Part shown: piece by piece, positions 43,601 to 51,312 of the stretch
Numbering within the stretch: position 1 is the first letter of the stretch
How the letters are laid out: every line of letters starts with the position of its first letter
From: a virus
Lineage: Duplodnaviria; Caudoviricetes
IMG/VR virus record: IMGVR_UViG_3300036803_000040
Span: 1 to 64,000 of that record
Strand: one strand, 5' to 3'
DNA length: 64,000 nucleotides
Notes under the pieces: generated by a model
What the model was told of the DNA's origin: nothing
Database searches by the model: none
The model's input: the letters and a program-made list of their open reading frames with translations, nothing else
Position numbers and translations under genes: made by a program

Positions 43601-44900
43601 GGTTATTCCGGATCCACTGATCCCACGTCTTGATCGACTCGTCCAGCTGCGTCACCAGCGAATTGCCCGGCGTGACCGCCGGCGCGAAGATGTCCTTCAG
43701 CAGCCCCGCGGTGTCGCCCGTCAACCGCGCCCAATCCTTCGCGGACGTCACCAGCCCGCCCATCGTGCTCTGCACCTTCGCCGTGTTGCCGGTGCTCACC
43801 GCCATCCCCGCGGTCCACTGCTGCACCCACACGTTCGCCTCATGGAAAAACGGCTGCGCGGCCACCGACAGGTTCAGGAAGATCCGGGTGATGTTCTGCA
43901 GCGACTTCTCGACCGTCGGGAGCTCGGCGCTGAACGATTGCGTCAACGTCCCGACCTGACTCAACGGCGACGGCATGCCCGGCGTGGCGTGATGCCCCGG
44001 ATCGGTCAGGAAACTTAGGTACTGATTCGCGGCGCCCATCGTCGCCGTGACCGCCGTGCGCGCCATCGGCGCTACCTGCGGGACCGCACGCGTCGCCGTG
44101 TAGGCCAGGTTCGACACGCCGCCATAGAACGCCGACTGCGCCGGCCTGATCGCGCCGGCATACGTGTTGACGAGCTGCTGCCCCTGCCGAGCGACCGGCG
44201 CCAGCAACGGCTGATTGGCGATCAGCGCGTTGATCTTCGCCTGCCCCGCCTGCGCCTGGCGCGACTGCGCCCCGTAGCGCAACACGACCTGCTGCTGCGC
44301 ATCCATCGCCGCCGTCATCTGCGTGATGTTCTGGATCGCCGGCTTGGCCACCAGGCCGGTCAGCGCACCGCCAGCGCCCAGAGCGCCCATCGCCCCGATG
44401 CCCACCGTGCCGGCACCCAGCACAGCCGAGCCCGCCGAGCCGACCAGCGCACCCGCACCACCGAGCAGCTGCGGGCCCAGCCCCACCGCCGGCGCCAGCC
44501 ACCACGGAACCGCCCCACCGATCCCGCCCGGTGTCGAGAACGTCCGGCCGACCGTCGGCGTGCTCCCACCCCCACCACCACCACCGGTCATGTCAGAGAA
44601 GATCCCGCCGGCCATCGCCCGGTCAGCCCCGCTCGAGCGGATGTTCACGCGTGCCGTGGAGCTCTTCGCTCCGATCCGGTCAAGCCGCGCCTCGATCTCG
44701 GTCAGCTGCGCGTTGACCCGATCAAAGCCCGTCAGCTCGATCCGTGGCGTGACGCGCTTCACCCCGAGCTCATCCATGCGCCGGCCGAGAGACGCCAGCG
44801 CAGCATCCGCCTCTCGGCCACGATCCCGAATGTCAGTCAGCGACCGGAGCGCCTGCTCCGAGCTCAGCTCAAATCCGCCGCGGACGGTCCCGTCAGCCAC
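40608..44900 (-). CDS. Tape measure protein with C-terminal M15-like peptidase and lytic transglycosylase
   Basis: 1430 aa; SYHYLGEAADI...HLNHIH; LWTQESGWN...SGAYGIPQA...WGLNYIRGRYG. Confidence 0.9.
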   Translation of the reverse strand: MADGTVRGGFELSSEQALRSLTDIRDRGREADAALASLGRRMDELGVKRVTPRIELTGFDRVNAQLTEIEARLDRIGAKSSTARVNIRSSGADRAMAGGIFSDMTGGGGGGGSTPTVGRTFSTPGGIGGAVPWWLAPAVGLGPQLLGGAGALVGSAGSAVLGAGTVGIGAMGALGAGGALTGLVAKPAIQNITQMTAAMDAQQQVVLRYGAQSRQAQAGQAKINALIANQPLLAPVARQGQQLVNTYAGAIRPAQSAFYGGVSNLAYTATRAVPQVAPMARTAVTATMGAANQYLSFLTDPGHHATPGMPSPLSQVGTLTQSFSAELPTVEKSLQNITRIFLNLSVAAQPFFHEANVWVQQWTAGMAVSTGNTAKVQSTMGGLVTSAKDWARLTGDTAGLLKDIFAPAVTPGNSLVTQLDESIKTWDQWIRNNPDKVRQFFRDSEQGISRIATVIGNLVKDIWQIVQSVTPLLSRAEQFMQFASGLGGGSLLSGAALLYGGYEGARGALGGGGPSAAGLAGTFITGGPGFLRGGGARAGGGMVVGASAAEQRALAGGSSYLMPGASSAGANGLMLAAGGGMLLRSSTADRLGIGAARGEVAFNQAYGGVEGARYAMPVSSGVVPMAERGGIVGRLGQAGSAARGAAGGAARILLPLAAIQGILAGVQSGGGVAHSINTGVSTAASTLTLGAVSPQTFSGILHAAFGTDNAGANISSPQMRAIAAQAGAVRTPGQLHALQGRIEVPGSILEMSPADQAKVNAFMQHALSVGAANAGGYASNTWETAFTRGISRGVGPNKAVNTMLKGMGSQITQLGPAGAKSFASDMATWAGQMSAEDPKMRRPLERLMAGITKDINNLHDNVLGNFKDLTDRVFYFNGQILTGSQTTWGKIKDSMVNPALVAQEKLSGIWGTIQREAIDALTQMGFSRSQARQIVTQTAQGGQAAANAGASVMTLQATGKAVSPLSTKAPAGLPKHERGGMITGTGLLDTVPVPGGMAAPGEAYIANRHTMNDLTSATMAKFGKTAWQMIRDEGRPHSAPPRYSLGGAMSGGGASVTAAHPELHAGIAAAVQQVLNRFPLSITSTTRGGHADGSYHYLGEAADIAGDSATMLRAASWIGSSGLARSLTEGIHNPNLSVKFGKGVPSSYWGAATWAQHLNHIHMAVAGNSLGAVGAGPGGAGGVVPSSISLRAPGVGMGGVPGAMAHQAGVMYAAGMSSRLNALTGSSAISSAGFHGGGSNQANQTLGRRMMLSAGWGMDQWPALQALWTQESGWNANALNSSSGAYGIPQALGHGHPYNMGDAPAQIAWGLNYIRGRYGSPAAAEAHERANNWYSTGGRVNWAGWNAKGGTFTTMGPTLFGAGEKGRETVTIGHGGAGGRSIQITMNGVTFYGGDKNQLEAVANDVAGKILDAIDRTSGATDASLAGAEG

Positions 44901-44903
44901 AGC

Positions 44904-45140
44904 TCACCCCGCCCTCTTGGCGGCGTCGGAAAGACCCTCGCTGAACCCCTCGACGATCGACATCAGATCGCGCTCGCGCTGGCCGGCGTGCATCGCGCAA
45001 GCAGTAAGGAACGCCTCCACCCTTGACGGCCACGGCTCGGGCGGAGGTGGCCCTCCGCCCCGCCGCCACACCGTCGCAGGATCGAGCCCTCGAAACCGCC
45101 ACTGCGAATAGAGAGCCCACGCGTGCCCACCGGCCTGTAT
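44904..45140 (-). CDS. Second tail assembly chaperone ORF (-1 frame, no canonical 5' start; not in track)
   Basis: Manual: IQAGGHAWALYSQWRFRGLDPATVW...SDAAKRAG; begins at ATA overlapping the TGA of 45140..45766. Confidence 0.55.
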   Translation of the reverse strand: MQAGGHAWALYSQWRFRGLDPATVWRRGGGPPPPEPWPSRVEAFLTACAMHAGQRERDLMSIVEGFSEGLSDAAKRAG

Positions 45141-45766
45141 CAGCCCAACGACGCCTCGACGAGCCGGCGCTGCGAAGTCCCGAGCCGCTGCGGGTCATAC
45201 CCGCCCAGCCTCCGGATCTCCGCCGACACCAGCGTGAGCAGACCCTCCTGCCCCACGAACCGCCGCTCGAGCGCCGTCGCCGGCGATGCCAGCTTGACCG
45301 GCTCGATCTGATCCGTGTCACGGTTACGCATCCGTACCGTGCAGAACTCGTCGCTGCTGATCTTCGTCCGCCGGCCCGACGCGTCGGTCAGCTCGTCGCA
45401 CGACTCAGCGATGATCTCCGCATCCGCGGTGATCCGATCGATCCGACCCGTCGACTGCTGCACGTTACGCAGCTCGATCTGATCGATCTTGCGCGGGTCG
45501 ATCCGCCGGGAGATGAACGTCAACTTGACCATCCCCTTCGGCGTCTCGAACTCCACCGGGATCGTGTGCACGATCGGCGCCGGCGTACCCAGCAGCCAAT
45601 CCAGCGCGGACTTCTCCTCCTCCGCGTTGAGCTCCGCACCCTGAGCAGCGTGCTCGAGCATCGTGCGGCCCTTCTCGCCCTGTCCGGCAGCCTCAGCCTT
45701 GCCGAACCGCGGATCGTCCTTCTCAGACGCTCCTGCGTCCGTTCCCTGCGGCGCTCCTACTCCCAT
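45140..45766 (-). CDS. Tail assembly chaperone
   Basis: Position between tube and tape measure. Confidence 0.65.
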   Translation of the reverse strand: MGVGAPQGTDAGASEKDDPRFGKAEAAGQGEKGRTMLEHAAQGAELNAEEEKSALDWLLGTPAPIVHTIPVEFETPKGMVKLTFISRRIDPRKIDQIELRNVQQSTGRIDRITADAEIIAESCDELTDASGRRTKISSDEFCTVRMRNRDTDQIEPVKLASPATALERRFVGQEGLLTLVSAEIRRLGGYDPQRLGTSQRRLVEASLG

Positions 45767-46043
45767 CGTGACCTCCCGGTCGATGATGTCCGGCGAGCTC
45801 GCGATCCGCCGGCGAACTCAGTCCGCCGTCGAAAGGGCCGAGCTCGGCCCGGTCTGTTTCCGCCGAGATCCGTTCGACCTCGACGCCGTACAACCTCAAG
45901 AGCCGGCTCAGCTCGCCGGCGGGCACCTGGCACTCCGCCGCGATCTCAGCCATCCGCTTCAGCAGCCCCTCACGCCCGTGCTGCGTCTTGCTGGCCGCGA
46001 ACTGCTGCAGTTTCAGCCACGCTTGCTCGTAGTCACAGACCAC
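45723..46043 (-). CDS. Hypothetical protein
   Basis: 106-aa ORF between tube and chaperone. Confidence 0.45.
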   Translation of the reverse strand: MVCDYEQAWLKLQQFAASKTQHGREGLLKRMAEIAAECQVPAGELSRLLRLYGVEVERISAETDRAELGPFDGGLSSPADRELAGHHRPGGHDGSRSAAGNGRRSV

Positions 46044-46047
46044 GAGC

Positions 46048-46557
46048 TCAGTCCTGCGTGACTGCGATCCCGCCGTCGACGTACTCGTAAGCGCTGAGCG
46101 GACGCTCCTGGCGGAAATTGAACGGGATCTGCCGAGTCAGCAGATCCACCGCCTGATCGTGCCCGCCGGCGTAGGTGAACAGCGTGCAGCCGTCGAGCTG
46201 CCACACCGTCGCCTGCGGCGCCCCGATGTCGTCGAGCTTGGTCTGAATCGAGAACTCCGGGAACGCGGCCGCGGCGCGATCGCCGTTGCGTCGAGCGACC
46301 ACAAAGTTGTAGACCTGCAGCGCCCAATGATCATCGATGTCCTGGATCATGAACGTGCCGACGCGCTCCTCGCCGCCGGGCTTCTGATCCGTCCGCCACG
46401 CGCCGGCGATGACCACCGGGATCTGCGTGATGTTCACGTTCCAGTCGACCTGCACAACCTCGCCGCGCATCCGGCCGTCGATCCAGACGGTGCCGGCCTT
46501 GCCCGAACGCCGTGCGTAGCCGGGAAGGTTGGCGGTCGGTCCGGGATAAGTCGGCAT
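46048..46557 (-). CDS. Tail tube protein (XkdM-like)
   Basis: GKAGTVWIDG...EERVGTF...FSIQTKLDD...TVWQLDGC...QIPFNF. Confidence 0.8.
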   Translation of the reverse strand: MPTYPGPTANLPGYARRSGKAGTVWIDGRMRGEVVQVDWNVNITQIPVVIAGAWRTDQKPGGEERVGTFMIQDIDDHWALQVYNFVVARRNGDRAAAAFPEFSIQTKLDDIGAPQATVWQLDGCTLFTYAGGHDQAVDLLTRQIPFNFRQERPLSAYEYVDGGIAVTQD

Positions 46558-48062
46558 CAGAGCACCGTTCCATTTCCGACGATGTAGTTGGCGGTCTTCG
46601 CGAACTGCCAGCCGAACGTGTACGGCACCGCATCCTCGAGGGTCGGGTCGCCCGGATCCTCACAGACAACCCACGGCTTCGGGATCGTGATGTCGTCACC
46701 CGGCAGGATCAGCCCGCGGGTGAGGAGATCGTCCTCGAGCGAGCGGGCCTTGCCGCGGACGAGGTTGCGCGTGTCGTCGTTGACGGGCAGATCCCCGATC
46801 ACGGTGTCGTCGCCCCACGTCTTCATCGCCCGGACGTAGTTGTCCATGATGCCGATCAGCCGCGGGTCGCCGTAGACGTCCTGCGGCTTGGATTCGGTGT
46901 CGCCGATGTAGGTCGTGACGCCCTTCTCGATCCGCAGATCCGCGTCGGGCGAGCTCGTCGGCGCGAGCACCGTCACGCCGCCGTTGACCGCCGCCTGGAT
47001 CTCATCGTCGGCGTTGCCGACAACGGCATGCAAGCCGCCGAGCTTCGCGAACGTGATCGCATGCTCCTCGCTCTTCGCGGCCAGGATCCCGGCCACACGC
47101 GGCGCGAGCTGCGACGTCGAGAGATCCTTGTCGAGCAGATCGTCGTGGAACGTGCCCCCGCCAACATTGACGACGTGCTCATCGTTGAGCGTGGCGCTGC
47201 GAGTGATCGCATCGGCGACAGCCTCGCCGGCGGCACCGCCGACCACCAGCCGGCACGGCCGACTCGCCTGCGCCTGCGACTGCACCCACGAGAGGTAGGA
47301 GGCGAGGATCGGCGCGCTCGTCAGGTCATACGGGGAGATGATCCCGAACTGCTTGTACTCGATGCCGGCCAGCGCGGCGAGATGATCGGAGGAGACGACG
47401 GTGGACCCGTCATCGCCGCCGGTCAGCGAAACCGGGTTCGTGCTCTGCGTCAGCCGCAGCGCCGGCGCCGAATCGGCGACGAGCGCGTTGGCGGTGACCA
47501 GCGCCGACCGGCTGTTGATCGTCGCGACCAGCGCGGCAAGGTTCGGCGCCGTGTAGATGTATGTCTCCTGCAGCACGTTGTCGAGGTACAGCCGCAGCCG
47601 GTCGTTCGCGGAATTGCTCGGATCGGCGTCCAGCGTGTAGGAGAACCGGTTGCCGCGCGAGCCGACGTACTTGCCGTCGAGCTCGAGCGTGGCCGCGCCG
47701 GCGCCCGTGGCGTGAATCTGGATCGTGGCCTTCGCGGCGCTCGCGCCGGCCATTCGGAAGGCAAGCACCGCGCCGGCGCCGGGGAATCCCGGAAGACCCT
47801 GGCCGGCGAACGCGCCGGCGACAGCTGTGCGCCCCGGCGTGTCGGAGTCGCCGTAGCGGCCGGTGAACTCCGAGAAACTCTGCACCAGCTGCGGACCGCC
47901 CTGCAGTCCGCCGGTGCCGCCGGGATCAGTGCCGACAGGGCCCCAATCGCTGACGAGCGGGATGGCCACCGTGTCAGCAGCAGCCGGAACGATCCGCGGC
48001 GCCCTGGCGCCGGTGAAGCGGATGACGGTGCCCGGCAGCGTCGGCTTGGAAATGGTGCTCAC
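46557..48062 (-). CDS. Tail sheath protein
   Basis: LPGTVIRF, KYVGSRGN, LTGGDDG, IEKGVTT, AVPYTFGWQ; 501 aa. Confidence 0.9.
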   Translation of the reverse strand: MSTISKPTLPGTVIRFTGARAPRIVPAAADTVAIPLVSDWGPVGTDPGGTGGLQGGPQLVQSFSEFTGRYGDSDTPGRTAVAGAFAGQGLPGFPGAGAVLAFRMAGASAAKATIQIHATGAGAATLELDGKYVGSRGNRFSYTLDADPSNSANDRLRLYLDNVLQETYIYTAPNLAALVATINSRSALVTANALVADSAPALRLTQSTNPVSLTGGDDGSTVVSSDHLAALAGIEYKQFGIISPYDLTSAPILASYLSWVQSQAQASRPCRLVVGGAAGEAVADAITRSATLNDEHVVNVGGGTFHDDLLDKDLSTSQLAPRVAGILAAKSEEHAITFAKLGGLHAVVGNADDEIQAAVNGGVTVLAPTSSPDADLRIEKGVTTYIGDTESKPQDVYGDPRLIGIMDNYVRAMKTWGDDTVIGDLPVNDDTRNLVRGKARSLEDDLLTRGLILPGDDITIPKPWVVCEDPGDPTLEDAVPYTFGWQFAKTANYIVGNGTVL

Positions 48063-48352
48063 GAGAGCCCCTCCCTCACGGAGAACTCGTCCAAGGCGCC
48101 CCGGACGTCATCCTCGGTGAGCGTCTCATCGTCGGCCTTGTCGTGCAGCGCGCCGGCGATCGCGTGCGGCGACACCCGGAAGATGCCCCGAGCTCGCTCA
48201 AGCCACTGGCCCTTTGTGAGCTGCGTCTCGTCGGCTGATGGCGCTGCCGGCGGCGGCGTCGTCTGCTGCGTGGTCGGCCGAGTCTCGGCGGACTTGGCGG
48301 TGTCGACCGACGCGGCCTTTCCGCCGGCCGGTTCTGAAGTCTCGTTTGCCAT
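48059..48352 (-). CDS. Small tail-module hypothetical protein
   Basis: MANETSEP...; precedes the sheath. Confidence 0.6.
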   Translation of the reverse strand: MANETSEPAGGKAASVDTAKSAETRPTTQQTTPPPAAPSADETQLTKGQWLERARGIFRVSPHAIAGALHDKADDETLTEDDVRGALDEFSVREGLS

Positions 48353-48390
48353 CAGTCGGGGATCGTAAATGCGATCCCGCGGCGATACCC

Positions 48391-49011
48391 CTAGCCGCTT
48401 CGCAGCGCCCCGGACCAGCGGCCAGGAACGAGCCCGCCGGTGGCCAGCGGCGCCGTCGGCGGGATCCGCCCACCCTGCCACCAGCTGACCCGGAGGTTCG
48501 CCACGACGGTGTACCGCAGCTCGTCCATCGCATCCTGAATCGGCCGGACGGTGAACGTCTGATCGACCGCGGCGTGCATGTACGGGTCAGCCGGCCCCTG
48601 CCGGCCAGCGCCCTCGAGCGGCACGCCGGCGTAAGCGTAGACCGGCAGCCGCCACGGAGCTCCGATCAGCACCGGCGGATCAGCGTCAGTGACCAGCCCC
48701 CGCGAGAAACCCGCGTCAAGCAGTCCCGCGGTGGCCCGCGCCGTCTCTGCCGCCTCGACCGCGGTCGCTCCGACCACCGGGTAGCAGACCACCGTGAACG
48801 GCTGCTGCTTCTGCACGTCGCCCTGATTGACCGCCCGCCGCGCGAACGGTGTCGCCAGCAGGCCCGGCTCGAGCACGGCGACCGGCCGCGCATCATCAGC
48901 CACCGCGGTCCGCTGCAGCCTCACCGTCCACGGCGGCGAGCCGAGCATCTGCGCCACATAGCGGCGCAGCGACCGGAACACGTCATCGGGATCTCCGTAG
49001 CCGCTAGGCAT
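48391..49011 (-). CDS. Putative tail terminator
   Basis: Synteny after the gp10-like gene. Confidence 0.55.
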   Translation of the reverse strand: MPSGYGDPDDVFRSLRRYVAQMLGSPPWTVRLQRTAVADDARPVAVLEPGLLATPFARRAVNQGDVQKQQPFTVVCYPVVGATAVEAAETARATAGLLDAGFSRGLVTDADPPVLIGAPWRLPVYAYAGVPLEGAGRQGPADPYMHAAVDQTFTVRPIQDAMDELRYTVVANLRVSWWQGGRIPPTAPLATGGLVPGRWSGALRSG

Positions 49012-49528
49012 GAACCTGAGCCTCCTGTCCGCGCGCCCACCGCTCGAGCTCCTCGGCGCCGATCTCCTGCCACAGCGCGGCGATCTCACCCAGCGCCGTC
49101 GTCAGCATGAAAGTGCCCTTTGTCCCGGTGTGATGCACGATCGTCGCGTAGACCGTGTGCCCGAACTGATCCCAGAATCGCAGCATCCCGCCGGCGCGCG
49201 GCATGATGATGTGCGGCATCGTCGGATACTCGACGTAAGGCGCGATCTCATCGTTCGTGTAGACGTCCATCCGCATCAGCGACCCGTTCTCGAGCACCTC
49301 GAGCTCGCCGACCTTCCACGACTCCTTTAGCGTGCCCGGCAGCCGGCCGTGGCGTGACTTCATCCACTCCTCGAGGTTGACGTTCGGCGGCGGCTTGGCG
49401 ATCGGCGTGTGCTCCCTCGTGCGCTCGTGCAGGATCTCCACGACCCGCTCGACCGTCCGGCGCTGCGCCTCGAGCAGCAGCTCGGGCCGACCGAAATTCT
49501 CGAGCTTGCCGTCCGCGTTGTAGCCCAT
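49004..49528 (-). CDS. HK97 gp10-like tail completion protein
   Basis: REHTPI...GTLKESW...NDEIAPYVEYPT...HTGTKG.FML. Confidence 0.75.
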   Translation of the reverse strand: MGYNADGKLENFGRPELLLEAQRRTVERVVEILHERTREHTPIAKPPPNVNLEEWMKSRHGRLPGTLKESWKVGELEVLENGSLMRMDVYTNDEIAPYVEYPTMPHIIMPRAGGMLRFWDQFGHTVYATIVHHTGTKGTFMLTTALGEIAALWQEIGAEELERWARGQEAQVHA

Positions 49529-49944
49529 CAGTCCTGCACCATCCGCAGCGTCGCCTGCACCCCGAACACCGTGCCGGGAGGCCCGAACGGCTGCGCATCC
49601 CCGACCAGCGACCACCTGGCCGTCTCAGAGCCCGTCCACGCCGCGAGCTCGGGCGCGGTGACCAGCAGATCCGATTCGCGGCGCAGCACCACCGTCGACC
49701 CGTCAGGCCGGATGATGTTGTAGAGCAGCGTCGGCTGCTCGATCACCCGCCGGCGGTACTGATTGGCCTGCTCGCCCCCGCCGCCGGGCAGGAACAGCAC
49801 GCACGGGAACGGGACGCCCTGCGTCGGCTCTCCGCCGCCCTCAGCGCCCGGCTCGCCCTCGATCCACTCCGCCGGGTCGGTCTGCGGCTCGTCGTACTCG
49901 AGCGGCGTGCCCGTGTGCACAAGGATGTAGCTCGGCAGCGCCAT
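49528..49944 (-). CDS. Putative head closure (stopper) protein
   Basis: Synteny and size. Confidence 0.55.
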   Translation of the reverse strand: MALPSYILVHTGTPLEYDEPQTDPAEWIEGEPGAEGGGEPTQGVPFPCVLFLPGGGGEQANQYRRRVIEQPTLLYNIIRPDGSTVVLRRESDLLVTAPELAAWTGSETARWSLVGDAQPFGPPGTVFGVQATLRMVQD

Positions 49945-50366
49945 CAGACGGCCCGGAGCCGCCGGACCTCGCCGCGCTCCTCCTCATGCGGGCAGACCCC
50001 GCCGTTGTAGGCCCGAGCGCAGTTGCAATTCCAGCACAACAGCTGAAACCCCTCCGGATACCCGTGGCGCGCGAGCCACTCGAGCACCAGCCCCGGCCCG
50101 CCGATCTGGCGCCGGTGCGCGTGGCCACCACCGTTCACATGATCGATCGTCAGGAACTTCGGGTTCGCCTCGCCACAGCACGCGCACTGATCGCCGTAGG
50201 CCGCGAACGCCGCGGCCTTGAGACGGCGCCGGCGTGCTGCGTTCTTCGCGGCCGATCGATCGAGGCACTCCTGACAGCGCCGGCGCCCCGGCTTGGGATC
50301 GCGGCCGCAGTCGGCGCAGCGACCCGCGGCGATCCGTCTGCTGCGAAGTCGCGCATCGCCTCCCAT
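49944..50366 (-). CDS. HNH endonuclease
   Basis: CADC...CQEC; CACCGE...LTIDHVNGGG...QLLCWNCN. Confidence 0.85.
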   Translation of the reverse strand: MGGDARLRSRRIAAGRCADCGRDPKPGRRRCQECLDRSAAKNAARRRRLKAAAFAAYGDQCACCGEANPKFLTIDHVNGGGHAHRRQIGGPGLVLEWLARHGYPEGFQLLCWNCNCARAYNGGVCPHEEERGEVRRLRAV

Positions 50367-50370
50367 CCGC

Positions 50371-51270
50371 TCAATATCCGTCGGGCCCACCGTGGCCAAA
50401 GCCGCCCGGCCAGCCGATCGTGCCGCTGCCGTAGCCGAGCGACTGCCGGCGGTAATCGAACGCCGTCGCGACACCGGTCGGCGGAGCGACACCCGTCGCG
50501 CGCCACACGAAGTAGTCGCGGGCATCCTCGGTGGCCAGCGCCCACAGCGCCGAGTCCAGCGCATCATCGGTGTCCATCGGCGGACGGCCCTGCGTGGCGC
50601 CGCGGCGCGCGAACTCGCCCGGCGCGAAATAGCTCTCCGAGTACGGGCCCGCATTGAAGCCCCGCAGCCGCCGGCCCGTCGCGATCTGCTCCGCGAACGC
50701 CGGATCCGTCGTCACCTTGATCCGCTCAGCCATCCGGGCGATCGCCTGCAACGCGACCGGCGCGAGCTCGTTCGGCACGAGCTCGCACTGCCCCTCATCC
50801 GGCGGCGCGGGACAGCCCAACGTCTGATCGATCAGACGCCACGTGACCGACTGCACCAGCGCGATCGCCTGATAAGTGATCCGGCGCAGATCCCCCGTCG
50901 CAGCCGGATCGACGGCCGGCCGCGGGAACTTCTCACGCAACAGCGGCGACGCATCCCACACGTCATCCGGCGACGGCGGCATGTCGGAGTCGATCGAGCT
51001 GCGCACCACGTCTGACGGCTCCGACGCGTTCCCGCCGGCGTCGAGAAACACGAGCCGATACCACCCCGTCGTCAGCTGCGCCTGCGCCGTTGTCACGCTC
51101 CGCGCCATCGGCGCGCTCGGGTCGGTGTCAAGCGTGACGAGCGCCAGCGTATCGACGGTCAGCCATGCCCCATCCGGAGCGGTCGCCTCCTGCACCTCGG
51201 CCTGCGTCCACGGCACCCCGTCATAGCGCGGGTCCGGCACAAGATCAGTCAGACTGACTACGCGGGGCAT
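50371..51270 (-). CDS. Putative head-tail adaptor with extra N-terminal beta domain
   Basis: Synteny; C-terminal RGFNAGPYSESY. Confidence 0.55.
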   Translation of the reverse strand: MPRVVSLTDLVPDPRYDGVPWTQAEVQEATAPDGAWLTVDTLALVTLDTDPSAPMARSVTTAQAQLTTGWYRLVFLDAGGNASEPSDVVRSSIDSDMPPSPDDVWDASPLLREKFPRPAVDPAATGDLRRITYQAIALVQSVTWRLIDQTLGCPAPPDEGQCELVPNELAPVALQAIARMAERIKVTTDPAFAEQIATGRRLRGFNAGPYSESYFAPGEFARRGATQGRPPMDTDDALDSALWALATEDARDYFVWRATGVAPPTGVATAFDYRRQSLGYGSGTIGWPGGFGHGGPDGY

Positions 51271-51276
51271 GTCGCA

Positions 51277-51305
51277 ACCATACTTCCGACCCTCACCCGA
51301 TCCCG
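51277..51305 (-). promoter_or_regulatory. Putative late-class leaderless promoter CGGGAT-N17-TATGGT-N6-ATG
   Basis: Same geometry as the strong copies. Confidence 0.45.
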
Positions 51306-51312
51306 CTGACGG

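Noticed and set aside
44893-45321. Track ORF 44893..45321 as the second chaperone
   Set aside because: Arg/Ser-rich shadow frame; the -1 frame 44904..45140 has protein-like composition.
34258-48062. Stand-alone contractile injection system or tailocin
   Set aside because: Capsid, protease, portal, terminase and a long tape measure are present, so this is a phage.
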